DNA of 64,000 bases from Adineta vaga (taxonomy: Eukaryota; Animalia; Rotifera): assembly GCA_021613535.1 (NCBI GenBank), contig CP075495.1, positions 6,448,001 to 6,512,000 on the forward strand, in the 5' to 3' direction. The translations under genes were made by a program, and so were the position numbers. This document shows, piece by piece, positions 37,721 to 51,059 of this stretch; the stretch's first letter is position 1; every line of letters begins with the position of its first letter. A model generated the notes under the pieces. The model saw only the letters and a list, made by a program, of their open reading frames with translations. It searched no databases and was not told the DNA's origin.

Positions 37721-40700
37721 TTATTGATTGTCCGTATTTGGTGCTGCACGACGATCATTAGATATATCCAAACTATCAACTGACACTTGGTCTTTATCTG
37801 TGGTGCGTTGAGGAGGTGCTAGATTGTTAGTTAAAGGTACTGGTAATTCACTTGGGCTACCATCAGTCTCTTCCGTTTCAGGTGGTGCTGAATCAGATTT
37901 CGGTTTTGATGTATCTTCGGATAGATGATTTTTAAGACTTGCATCTTCCATCGATGTAGTAAGTGGTGTTGTATCACCTGTTTTTTCTTCGTCTTGATCT
38001 CGCGATGTATCTTGATTGTCAGTACTCTCGGATGGTGAAACTTTATCTTCTTTTTCGGATTTTTCATCGTCTTTTGGTGTTGAGTCTGCATCAGATTTTA
38101 ATAAAGGTTCGTCTTGTTTTGACGTTGATTCAGCTGAAAGTGTAGTCGATTCATCTTGTTTTGAAGTTGATGATTCCTGTGTTTCCGATGGTGACTCTTG
38201 TATTTCAGAGGATGGTTCCTGTGTTTCAGTTGAAGGCTCTTGAGTTTCAGTGGATGGTTCCTGTTTTGAAGATGATACATCTGACGTTTCCGATGTTTCA
38301 GTTTGTTCCTTCGATGATTTTTCTGATATTTCAGTTTCTTTGACTGGTTCCTCAAGTGGTTTTTCCTCTTCTTTTGACACTAATTCCGTTTCTTTAGGTG
38401 GTTCATCTGCTTTTTCAGATGCTTCGTTTGGTTTCTCTGCTGGTTCGTAGGATTGTCCGATGGTTCCGCTAATTTCTCAGTTGATTCATCAGTTTTCTTC
38501 ACTGGTTCATCTGCTTTTTCTGCTGATTCTCCAGTTTTGTCAGGTACTTCATCGGTTTTTTCAGTTGGAGTATCCGATTTTAATAATGCTTCAATAGACT
38601 TTTTCCTTGATTGTTCAGTTGTTTTCACTGGATCACGTGTTATTTCTAGTGGAATTGATTGTGTTGATGAACAAAGACAATCAGCAATGAATGTTACATA
38701 TAGACGACTAACTCCAACACGTGTTGGATGAAGTCTAATACGTAAGACGGTTGATTCTTTGGGTGCAAATGATCGACTAGAAAAATTTAGATAACATATA
38801 CAATATGAAAAACTAAGAAGTAACAGAGATCAACATGTAAAGCAAAAAGAATGAAAAGAGAAGAACTTACTTAACACGCATAACTTGATTAAGACCTAAA
38901 CCATCAATATAAATTCGTCCGTTATTTAATGGACGTGAAAGTGTATTTGAAACATGGATTTTCATCAAAATTGGTTTACCAATTTCGATCACATCTTCAT
39001 TAAGCACCTAATGGAAGAAAATAATATATATATATATGCATCATCGTAATAAACAAAACTTTACTTACAGGTTTAATCACATCATCTTTAATGAAAATAA
39101 CATTATTATCACATGTAAATATTTGACCCGTTTCTTTGATATTCGAATGAATAAAATATTTTATAACAATATTATCTTGTGGACCATATTTCAAATATTG
39201 TTGTGGATTAATTTTAAAATGAATAATTTCATCTAGAAAAAAAAAAGAAAAATATGAGACATATTCAAATAAAACAAAAAAAGAAACCGAGTGTTTGCTA
39301 ACCTTTGCCCGATTCGAGATTTAATGTGTGGATTGGTTGATCAATGCAAGTACCTGATTTTGGACCAGCACCACTTGCAATACATAAGGTTAGTGCTGTT
39401 GTAATTGAACGTGATTCATTTGATTTGTTATGTACATTTAAATCCAATGTAATAACTTCTCCAAACTATTAAGTAAACGAAAATCTAGTTCGATAAATAA
39501 CTCTACAAACGAGAAATCTTACTCGATTTTCTTCAGATATTAATACTTCAAAATTCACATCAGTTTTTAATCGATTATTTAGAGTTTCGTGTTCTTCAGT
39601 TGATGTTGAGAAATTTTTATAACTAGCAGTTATATCTTCTGGTTCAAATTCATTAGATAATGATCGAGTAATTACTTTCGTACCAATTTGATTTTCTTGT
39701 ACATCTAATTTAATGAAAAGATCGTATCGATATTAAATCTATTCCTTTGAAAAACATACCTGTTAATTCCATAAATCCATCTGGATATACAATCCAATGC
39801 GATTTATTTCCATTAACTGATGAATAAATATATGGTGAATCCCATCGATAACCTAATTCACCTTTTTTTACAGTTGAAACTGGACATGGACCCGTTCGAC
39901 GTATTCCTTGAAAAAGAATATGATTTCAATCACAATATTTTTTCAACAAAACGATGTCTACCATCACACATAGGTACTGGTGTTGAATCAATAATTTGCC
40001 AATCTTGCTCATTATTAGGTAAATCAGATCGACGCATCCAACATTCATTCCATACATGAGCAGAACTAAAATAAACATTCAATTCGATATTTACTTATAG
40101 ATTTTCTGAACAAAAAAAACAATCATTTTCTCTACCAAATAAAATCGGAATTCAGTTTTTGTAACGGTCGTTGTTTTGCATCCCAATGAACATCATTATC
40201 AGGTGTACCATCCGTACGGCAAGCTGCATTATAAATAGTAACAACACGACATGGAATACCTAAAGCTCGACTTAAAGTACAAAGAATCGCTGCATGTTGC
40301 CAATTCGTTCCACTTCCACCATGTGCAGATCGACAACGTGCACCAAGATAATGTTTTAATATGGATGTGCTACTTGTTAAACCATTTTTTTCCGGTGTTA
40401 CAGGTCGAACATTAAAGGCAGATGAAAAAATACCATTATTAGAGCCTGGATTTGAACAAATCTTTGATGCAAGAATACGAAGAATAATCGATGGATCAAC
40501 ACGATTTTGCGGTGGTAATTGTGCATTATCAAGAAGTGTTAATGCTGTATGTAAAGCTGATCTTTCAAATTGACCAAAATACCATGGAACAGGTCGAGGT
40601 TTGTCCGATGAACCAAGAAAGATTTGTCCATGTTCATTCATGACATATTCAGCTATTTGTTCAGGTGATGATAATGCACAAGCATCCTCTTTTTTCCATG

Positions 40701-42718
40701 GATTAAATAGAAAATAAATATCAACTTCAAATATAAATAATTGTAAATCTTGTTTATCAATTGGTTCTTGATTCTCTTTTTGTAATGGACGAACTTCAAG
40801 TAATAACTAAATGATACAAATGAAGTTATTTTCGAAAATTATCAACAATTCAATTAACGTACAGTATATTTTCCAATAATAGCATCCGAAGGTGAATCAA
40901 CTTGAAGTGAGATTCGATTATTTTTCTTTTTATCTTCTTCGCCTTCAGTTGGAATCTTTTTTGCTGCCCAACCATTTCCTGTTGGTGTTCCATCAACTAA
41001 AAGTCTTATTTGTGTTCGTTTCGACATCATCGATCGAGCACCTACAAGAAGAGAAGACAATAGAAGAGATTTGTTTTGAACAAATCAATGAAGATACCTA
41101 TTGCCAAACGAACGTAGATTTGATATTGTTCAGCTTCAAAATCTCTATTGAATGTTACCGTAAATGAAAATGGTTGTCCTCGTCGTAAGACAAGTCCAGG
41201 AATATCATAATGACTTGTGGAATGCTCATCCATATTCTTCTTCGTATGTACATCAACATCAATAGGAATTAACCGAGATGCTAGAATAGTAATAAGAATA
41301 AGAATAAGAATAGAACAAATGAATGCTTTTCGTTTTTCTTAGAAAAAGGTATTTCTCTTCTCTTTTTCTTTTTATCCCTATCAATTAAATGAAATAAAGA
41401 TATTCAACAAGAATTCAATAGTGAAAATCAAACTAATAAGTACGTGTGTATGTGTTAGTAATTGAAATGAACTTTAACGTGCAATACTAGAACATCACAT
41501 CGGATGTATATATATATTATATACAATTTTTAAAAAACAAGATCAGTTTAAAAAAGAGATTTGCTTTTGTTATTTAAATTTTGTGACATAACAACTAGTG
41601 ATTCTCGAGGAAAACGTCGACGTGGCATGACACTTCCATAACCACTATCATACGATTTTTTCTTTTCATCATCATCATCTTCTTCGTCTTCACTTGAATC
41701 AGCATCAGAATCGGTATCTTGACAAAAACCAAATGAATTTGATGTTTCTTGTGTATGGTCAGGATTTTCACCTTTCATGTAATGATGCTGACTTTGACAA
41801 AATGTTTTCATTAAATGTGTCGATTTATCATCATCTCCATAAAGTGACGAATAAGCTTGATTATAAGGAATAAATAAAGAACGATTGAATGATCCATGTA
41901 TGGAATCAATTGTTGAAAGTACACGATCGATCTCTGCTTGATCGTTTTCTAAAGTACGTTTTTGTTGCACAACATTTTTCCATGTTGTTTTTGATGTATT
42001 GACTAACATTGATTGATTATTGATTAGTTTTTCACGTTGTTGAAGATAATCTTCTGTTCGATAGGTATAATCATTAGTGGATTTCGTCACAATACCAGTT
42101 TTATCGATGTGTACAACTAAGGAAGGGATAGATAGTTTGTTTTCAGAAAAGGATTTATTTGTATGTGAACGTCGTGAAGTTGTCATATGAGCCATATCAT
42201 ATGATCTATGTCAAGGGCTTGAATTTCTATTCTTTATATTATATTATATTGTGTGTTCTTATTCATTTTTTTCATGCGCATCAATAGCCTTTTCAACGAC
42301 AATATCGTTCACATTTACCTCTACACACTTAAACGAGAACGATTGATCGTTACACATGACAACATTCGTAAACTATTGATTTTGACAACGAATCGAAAAA
42401 AGACAAGCGAGTAAAACGAAAAAAAAAGTCGAAGAAGATGTAAAAATGAGGCAATATTCTTGTTTAGTAGGGTTGATTATATAAAACCTTTTTCATTATT
42501 TACCTAATTCAGATGAAATCGATGGTCGTTTCAAGAAGAATGGTCTATAAAGAGAAATGAAAAGAAACGAGAGAAATATTTTCCTTTATTTCTGGCAATA
42601 ATTACGTCGATGAATTTTGGTCTTTTCGAGGTTTCAAAGGTGATATAGTTGCTGTTGTCGGTTGATTGTTCATAGGTATTGGACGTTGAAAACTACCAGT
42701 TGGTGTACGCGATGCCAT
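37721..42718 (-). CDS. Transglutaminase-family protein, catalytic Cys absent, long acidic repeat tail with a 1-nt frameshift near 38448
   Basis: LVLRRGQPF, SPSDAIIGKY, FLFNPW, PWYFGQFE, RALGIPCRVVT, HVWNECWM.R.DL, WQIIDSTP, GPCPV and C-terminal beta-barrel segments. Exons 1-2 at 42718-42606 and 42544-42504. Confidence 0.9.
38150..38270 (-). repeat. 21-nt coding tandem repeat (QEPSTET-like heptads)
   Basis: QEPSTET QEPSTET QEPSSEI QESPSET QESSTSK. Confidence 0.8.
38395..38565 (-). repeat. 21-nt coding tandem repeat (EKxDEP-like heptads)
   Basis: EKTDEVP DKTGESA EKADEPV KKTDEST EKLAEPS DNP(x)EPA EKPNEAS EKADEPP. Confidence 0.75.
41548..42195 (-). CDS. Intronless orphan protein B (215 aa), nested on the same strand in transglutaminase intron 2
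   Basis: Paralog of 36126-36770. Lies inside intron 42503-41281, whose flanking exons join in phase 1. TATA-like TATAAAG at ~42233-42239. Confidence 0.85.
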   Translation of the reverse strand: MAHMTTSRRSHTNKSFSENKLSIPSLVVHIDKTGIVTKSTNDYTYRTEDYLQQREKLINNQSMLVNTSKTTWKNVVQQKRTLENDQAEIDRVLSTIDSIHGSFNRSLFIPYNQAYSSLYGDDDKSTHLMKTFCQSQHHYMKGENPDHTQETSNSFGFCQDTDSDADSSEDEEDDDDEKKKSYDSGYGSVMPRRRFPRESLVVMSQNLNNKSKSLF

Positions 42719-43623
42719 TTGATCGATTGATTTGAAGGAAACTCTCTGAAGAAAGATAGACTATCTTTCTTTATTTCTTTTACTAAAAGTGTTTATTTTG
42801 ATAAATAGTCAAAAATAGTTATCTGTACGTGTTTTTCTCTCGAATGAAAGTATACGGTGCGCTTTTCAAATATGAATGAATGGCGATATTAATTAGACGA
42901 AAATGTTTCTGAATATGTTTACAACATTTCTCTCTTCTTTTCATTAGTTGTTTTTTGACCTTCAGTTATGTCTAATAATCAAAAGTTTTAATAGGCAAGC
43001 AAAACGAAAGACACAGTTATTAACAATGATGTACATGGACTTTTCTCTTCGTTTTTTTCCCTTCTTTCTCTCTTTTCACGAATTAGATTTGATTTTTATT
43101 GATTTTAATGAAATAGACCTTGTTAAATGGTTCTTTTTTAATGAGAATTTGAAGTTTTTAAGAAGAGTTCTAATTTCGATGAAATATAAATTTGTTCATT
43201 AGACGTATAGTAAAAGATTGATCGATATCAGGAAGATGATGGAGTGAACCGATTGTATTTCTACCATGAAGATTGTTTTAATAGTGATTTTTATCAGTTA
43301 TATTTGTACTGTAATCATATTTTTACGAGAAGAAAAATACAGTAGAGTAAATGAAACTTAGAAATGGATGTTAGAGCACGAAATTAATATATTTCAATAA
43401 TATAGAGTACTATTTAAAAGAATATATGTTTTCAACCAGAAGAATTCTGTACATTATTTTTTTATTTTATATTTTCTGCACATATTTATGTATACATATT
43501 TATAAAATCTGAACATAAGTAAACACGAGAATGAATGATAAATAAAAATGAAGCAAGAGAAAAACAAGAAAACGAAACGATACAACAGCACAAAAACATA
43601 TTTTATCAGATGTAAAAAAAAGA

Positions 43624-44135
43624 TCAGAATGTCGTGGATGATTTATTGATCAGTAAAGCAAGCATTGTTACAAGAAATCCAATTCCAATTACTGTTGAAA
43701 AGATATTCATAGTTAACGTACGTTTAGAAATCTTCAATGTTTTATCATATTCCAATGTACGTTTATGTTCTCGTACACGTACAGATAAAATAATACAAAT
43801 AATTCCCAAGACAAAAAAGAGAAAGAAATTACCAATTGACCATAGTAAATAATCTGGAATATTCATAACATCACGTTCATGTTGAGTAAATTTTAAATTT
43901 GCATGTGCAGCTTCAGATGCATAATATTCCGTATCACTTTGTGGTAACCATGAAAAACCAGCTCGTTTTTCCAGATATGGTTCAAGTTCACCTATTTCAC
44001 GTTTTTCCATTCGTCCTACACCTCTAAATTCATAAGAAAAATAAAACGAAAATATAGATATTTTGTCTTTTATTGTCAAAATAATTCTCTATACTTGTCA
44101 CTCCGATAGCCGGTCATTAGTTGTCCATTCCGCAT
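43624..44135 (-). CDS. CD225/dispanin (IFITM-like) membrane protein, 2 exons
   Basis: IPDYLLWSIGNFFLFFVLGIICIILSVRVR...ISKRTLTMNIFSTVIGIG fits the CD225 pattern. Exon 1 MRNGQLMTGYRSDK splices in frame at 44023. Confidence 0.75.
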
Positions 44136-46170
44136 TTTCTTTTCTGATTTCAAGGTAAAAAAGGAACTACTACTGTTATTAATGCTGTTGCCGATAGAAG
44201 GACGTATTTATAAGCGCATGAATGCAATTCTGTTGGTGCAACTATATACTTCTTGCGTTCTTTTTTTCTTTCTTCCTCATTTTTTTTTCTTTTTTGTTTT
44301 TTTACAAGGTTGTCGTTACGTCGGTACCATCACATATATTCGTCTCAAAAAGCGCAATAAATGAATGAATGAATGAAAAAGAAAAAAAAGATTTTTCTTT
44401 CTTTCGTTAGGTAATAAAATTTTGACACAAAAATACAATTGACATTAACCTTGCCAAATGATAGTAATCATTAAAAGAAGATCAGTTTTTGCTTGTCTTT
44501 ATTTCAATCGCGTCATTGAAAGAAAGACCATCTCGATTTCGATTGATGTTATATAAACGAAATATTTCTTAGAATTCGATGACCTTCGTCAGAGAAGAAA
44601 AAAAGAAATGATATATATATATATACTTCAATTGACTCAATGATAGTGATCGATACATGATGAAAACTATTGATTATAGAAGAAATCATCATTGATCCAA
44701 GGTGTTTTAGTAGAAATATAATTATTTAAATCTTCTCGTATTTATTTGAGAATGTTAGTAAAACAATCGATACTATGATAACGAGTTATTTTTAAGTTCA
44801 TTATTGAGTATACATAAATAAGAAATAAATTGCATATAAAAAAAGAACTTTTGAACATCGACATTTGATTGAACAGAATACGTATGTCAATGGAAATTCA
44901 TGTTCAATATCACTGTCAATTGTCAAACGTGACAAAAATCGTTGATATATGTTCAAAGTTATATAATAAGACTACTGAGTATTATCGATAGAAATTTGTT
45001 ACTTCCATAATTCTTTTAATGATATTACACCTTTGATAATGTTTATTTAAAAGAAGTCTTTCAAAGAAAAAGCGAGATTTCTCAAATTTCGTTTCTTATT
45101 TTGGACATATCATGTAATCTTATCTGTTTGGTTTTGTGTCTCGAGTATTTTTCTTTCTGAAATCATTACCATTGTAACTCTTAGAATTTCTCTCATAGGT
45201 TCATCCTTCAATATACCTTGAAGAAGAAAATGTCAAGAAAATTTCTTTTTCGTTGACATTCTTTTCGTATGTACTTTAGTCGAACATTCAATGACTCACA
45301 AGAGAACATATTTGAGTATACCCACGCATTCATACTTTAAAACTATTCTATCCTGTAGGGTTCACTACACTTATCTCGAACATAAATATCTTAACTGTTC
45401 TCAGTTTAGTGTTAAAAAAAACAAGATTTTTTATGTAAATTTCACCGGCATGGTTCTTACCCTTTTTTCATCTTACTCTTTATCTCGCGAACTAACTTTG
45501 ACATAAGCATTTCTGTAATATGATGAATCCTATGCCTTATGTAAGAACTAAGGGGATGAATACTGCATGATTTTTATTTTTAAATGAAAAAATATGTAAA
45601 GTATGAATGTATTGTATTGGTTACAGATTTATGGCTTCTTTTCTGTCGTATGATAAAAAGAAGTTGGTTTTGTGTTAAAACCAGCACTCACAACCAATCT
45701 TGTTTGATGTCTGCCTCTATTTTTTGAGTGAAAAGAGTTTATAGCCATGCTATCATCTGACAAATAGCACCGATACATATTCTTCTGTTTTTTTACGTAT
45801 CTTAATATTTTAATACTATGAATGGTACAGTACAAATGATTATCATCCAATCAAATCTAATACTCTTTCAAAGATTTGAAATAACAAATCAGTTTCTTCT
45901 TACCTTAAAATGTCAATGCAACAGATGCTTTGTTACTTATGTTAGAAAATGAACTCTTCGATTGAGGTATTATTGTTGTCCGATCCCTTCGTTCTCTTCT
46001 TTTTTCTCTCTCTCTTCCTGTCTCTTTTTCTCTCTATATTTCACTATGTCTCGTTCATCGGTCAAGATTGACATTTAGGTGAGCGAGAAAGACTATGAGG
46101 TCAGCTTTTTTCTTGTCGTTCTTTAAAATTGAACATCGAGCATATAGAAAGAAAAAAAAACAATTTAAGA

Positions 46171-49100
46171 TCAAAGTGTTGTAATCGTATCGGAAAAATA
46201 AAGACTGGGTGCAAAAACAACGCCACGTTTAATTAATGTTGTTACATTATTCAATTTATCCACTAATTCAGTATTGCCAACTGTTTTTCCTGCATTACGT
46301 ATTTCGGAACATAATTCTTCGATACGCATTATTGTTCGTACAATTGTACCTTCTTGAATATCAAGTGATTCCATATCTGGATCATTCATAATATCATAAA
46401 ATTTTGCCCCTTGTGCCCATTTATAAACTAATGACATAATACTAAAATTGAGATCATCTTCAATATTCGTTGGAATTTTATAATCACGTTGAATTCGATC
46501 AAGATTCCTTGCAATGTAAACTAAAACGAAAGCTAAACATTTTCTTCTTTATTGAACAAAGAAAACATACTTAGTTTTTGTTTTGCTTGGTGCAATGTTG
46601 GAGTTATTTCTGGTTTTTCATTTTCTTTGTCCATATCCGTATCATATCGTTTTCCTTGAAATACGATCGATGAAACAAGTGCAGCTATTTCACTTGCAGA
46701 TAGATTATCAATAAGATTTTGATAGATAAGTTCAGTTAAAAGAAGTTCTTTTCCACTACCAAATAATGCTGCAACTTGTCCTTTTAAACATAGAATATTA
46801 TTATTCGATATGTATTTCAATTCTTTTAAAACTTCAAGCATTGATTCATATTCCGCTGATGTTTGAAGATTTGTCTGTAGTGATGATAAACGTTCATTCA
46901 TTTTTGTATATTTATTTTCATAAAAATTTAATTTACGTAAATAATGAAATGTTTCGGAAAAATTTGATGTAAAACTTTCATTTTCAAGTTTAGAATTTAA
47001 TTCATGAAGATTAATGAGTAAAGATGATTGAGACATTTTTATTAGAAAATCTTTAAGAAGAATAAATCGAGTTGATGCAACTAAAAATAAACAGATAATC
47101 TTTTTTATTTTAAGTATCGAATACAATAACATGTCTGTTCATATGTATGAATCGAAACAAGATTAGTTTATAGACGGATTAATCATTGTGACTTACTCGA
47201 TTGATTATTCGCATTTTCTCGAATTGTATTCAATTTTTCAATTGCTTGTTGTAATGCTTTATCTCTTCCAATGGTTGATTCTAATTCAATATCGAATGTA
47301 TCACTCATTCGATGATTCCAATGACCTTCTAAAACTTCTCTATAATTAATATTTGGTATAATTTCATTTGTTATATCTAAAATATCAGTGATATTGATAT
47401 TTTTTATTTGATAAACTAATTTTTGTTGTTCAGAATTCATTTGTTCAATATTCCATTTTTGTACTGGTAATACAAACATGGTTTCATCTTCTTTTATGAT
47501 TAATCTATCAATATCCGTTAACATACGATCAATTGGTTGACTAATAACTAAAACAGATATAATACGTTGATGATTAAGATTTTTTCCCGATGAACTGAAT
47601 GATCCATCAAGTACAATAGCAGGTAAATCAATCTCGTAGATATTACGAATTCGTAAGATTCGACCACATTTAAGTAAATCATCAAGAAAACGATACGAAG
47701 TTTTATCATGTTCAATTAATATTTGTTGAAGATTAAAAATCATATTCCAAAATTGTTGACATTGATTAAAATATGTTTTAAGTTCAGGTGTAGAAAAAGA
47801 TTTCATCGATTGTTGAAGAGTATCAATAGTTGAACGAAGTTTACTTGCAGCAATAATATCACGTGCATTCGCTTTTTGTGTATGATATTCTGAATAAGAA
47901 CTGGATACCATATATTCTAATGGACATTCAGCAACACGAAGAAAATTTAATATCATTGAATATGTTAAACGAAATTGAGATTGAAGTTGAGCAGATCGAC
48001 CCTATCAATGCAGAAATATAAGAATAAAACACTTTTGTATGAACTAACATCTTTAGATACAAGAATTTCATTGACTTACCAATATCATGGCTTTGAGTGA
48101 AGCAATCGATGGTACATCACCTTTGCATAATGCGATCACAGTTCCTGTTTTATCTAAACCACGACGACCTGCACGACCTGCCATTTGAATATATTCACCT
48201 AAAATAAAATTCATTCCAAATTCTCTACTTGGAACATCTCTAAAATCTTTGATCATTCATTACTTGGTATAAGTTCTCGAAAACTTTTTCCATCATGTTT
48301 TTGTAATGAATCAAAAAGAACAGTTCTTGCCGGCATATTAATACCCACTAAAATCAATCAAATCTTTTTTTCCAGACATATTCTTTACTACAAAATATTA
48401 CTTGCAAATGTTTCTGTTGCAAATAAAACTTTAATACGACCAGTTTGAAATAGTAATTCAATTGATTCACGTAAAATAGGTAAAACACCACTATGATGAA
48501 TAGCTATTCCACGCTTTGCCATTTCTTGCATATTTATAACCTAATTAACAACATAAATCACATGTCAATATATTTTAACTAGAAAAAAAAACAAAAAGAA
48601 TGGGAAAACTTACTTGTTGTAATTGTCGATCTGATTCATTTAATCTCGATAAGGCTTGTCGAAAGAATTGTGCAACATAATGTTTATCTTCTTGAGAATT
48701 TAAATCAAGACCACGAACTAATTCTAAGTAATCATCACAACGTTTACGAGAAAAAACGAAACACACAACAGGTAACAATTGTTTATCACGTAACATATAG
48801 ATTGTTGATGTCCATAATGTTTTATTCTGAAACGAAAATAGAAGAAAAGTAACGTTATTCTATTGTCAACAGTCATCACTGAAATAACCATCATACCTGA
48901 TTCGTATTTAAATTATCATTTCGTGTTCTTGATCCATAGTTTTGTTGATGATCTTTTTGTCTTGCTGCTTTAGCTGCAACTGCTTGTGCATGACTTATAA
49001 TTAGAGAAAATAAGTATCCATGATATGAAATAGTTACTGTATCCATAAAACATACTTTCGATCGAAAAATTTTTGATCAGCATCAATAATCATAAATAAT

Positions 49101-51059
49101 TCTTTATTTGTTGATGTACTATTTCCTGTATAGAGAAAATGTTCAAGAGGAACTGGTCGTTTAAAACTAAATGAAAAACAAATTTTATGATTTAAATATA
49201 CAAAAGAAAAACACCCAGGTTCTGAAGTCGAATTACGTTGATATAACATAAACATTTCGTCGTTTCATTCGTCTAAATTTTCGATACAAGATTTGAAAAC
49301 TTTGATACTACCCTCTCTTACCCAACCCATTCAGCAAATTCTTTAGCATTCGATACAGTGGCACTAAGCATAATTAAACCCACATGATCAGGTAACATAA
49401 TTAAAACTTCTTCCCAAACAAAACCTCTCTAGAATCAAAATTAAAAACAAAAACTTATATTTATTAATCAATCAAAAACCATCTGTATTTCACTAACATC
49501 TGCATCATTTAAATAATGGATTTCATCCATAATAACCCATTCCAGAGATTTCAATGTATTTGATCGATTATAAAGCATTGATCTTTAAAAAAAGAATAAA
49601 CAAAGACTAATAAATCATGTTTATTCAAAAACTACCTGAGAATTTCTGTTGTCATTATTAAGCATGATGCATCATGATTTATCTGAACATCACCAGTTAA
49701 TAGACCAACATCATTAAAACGTTTTTTAAAATCACAATATTTTTGATTCGATAATGCTTTTATTGGACTTGTATAAAATGCTCTAAATATTCAGATTCTC
49801 TATCATATCTATTGAATTCTTAACTGTTTCATTTACTTCGTTGAATGATTCTGTGCAAGAGCAATAGCATATTCTGTAAACAATAAAGTTGTCAATAATG
49901 ATCGAAATATTCATGAAAATTTCCTACCAGCAACGACTGTTTTTCCTGCTGATGTATGTGCAGCAACAAAAACACTTTCATTATTTTCTAATCTTAAAAT
50001 AGCTTGTTTTTGAAATGTATCTAATTCAAATGGATACTAAGAAAACAAAGAAAACAAATTCTCTACAATAATAAAACAATTAAATATTTATACTTTTATA
50101 GCAGGATCTGGTACTCTTAAACGAAAATCACCAAGTTTCTCATTTGGACTTAATTCAATAGCATAGGTACGATTAAGTTGTTGTTCTGTCGTTTTATTTA
50201 TATCTTTATTTGTTGAACGAAATTTTAAATCAGGTAATGGAATGTCAAATAAACCGGTTAAACGTAATTTAGACGGAAGAGGTACATCGATAATAGATGA
50301 AGCTTGTTGAGTAACTGTTGATTGTAAAGTTATGTCATCGAAATCATTTTTCCATTTTTGAAGAAACATATCAATTTGACGATCAGCATTTGGTTTAAAT
50401 GATGTGATTGTCGAAGGTAGAGTCATACCCAGACCATCTTCATCTGATAAAGATTTTAAAAGACCTATTTAAGTACAACGAAAAGAAATTTATTGATTAT
50501 ATTCATCTTTCATACTGTCATTTGCAGAAGATATCGTATCAGAATCATGACGATTGATAATTGTTTCAAAATCTAGACTATTTTCATTTGATCCTTCATT
50601 TGCAGCAGTCGTGGTAGTAGTAGTAGTAGGCAAACATGGACATGATACTGGAGCAGGTTGAAGTAATTCATTTGGATGGAATGTGACATCATCTTCAAGA
50701 GTAACATTTAAAACTGGTTTAGATATTACTGGCACCTAGAAATTGAAAAGTATATTTGTAATTTGAGATAATAGAAAAAGTACTTCAAGTAAACCGATTA
50801 TTTCGCCTGTCGATAAATTTCTCTCAGCAGTAAGATCACATTCATCATTTAAAGCTTCGATTGTTAATACTTGATTAAGATCAATATCATGTGTTGTTAA
50901 TTGTCTAAATAGATATGTTTACTAACTAGTAGAAGAATTCAATTCGATGAACTACCGTTCATGTAGATTAGGATCAAGCCAAGGAAAATGATTTTCATCA
51001 AGAAATGACTGAAGTAAATGTTCGAAATCGTTTCGAACAAATTGTTTACTTGTTGCCAT
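46171..51059 (-). CDS. SKIV2L: Ski2-like DExH RNA helicase (SKI complex)
   Basis: [77 protein letters not shown] and a DSHCT end ([10 protein letters not shown]...[12 protein letters not shown]). Confidence 0.93.

Noticed and set aside
37963-38731. Plus-strand S/D-rich ORFs
   Set aside because: Antisense shadows of the repetitive transglutaminase tail.
44800-46100. Possible TE or foreign DNA relic between the CD225 gene and SKIV2L
   Set aside because: No TIRs, target-site duplication or transposase motifs found; the short ORFs are uninformative.
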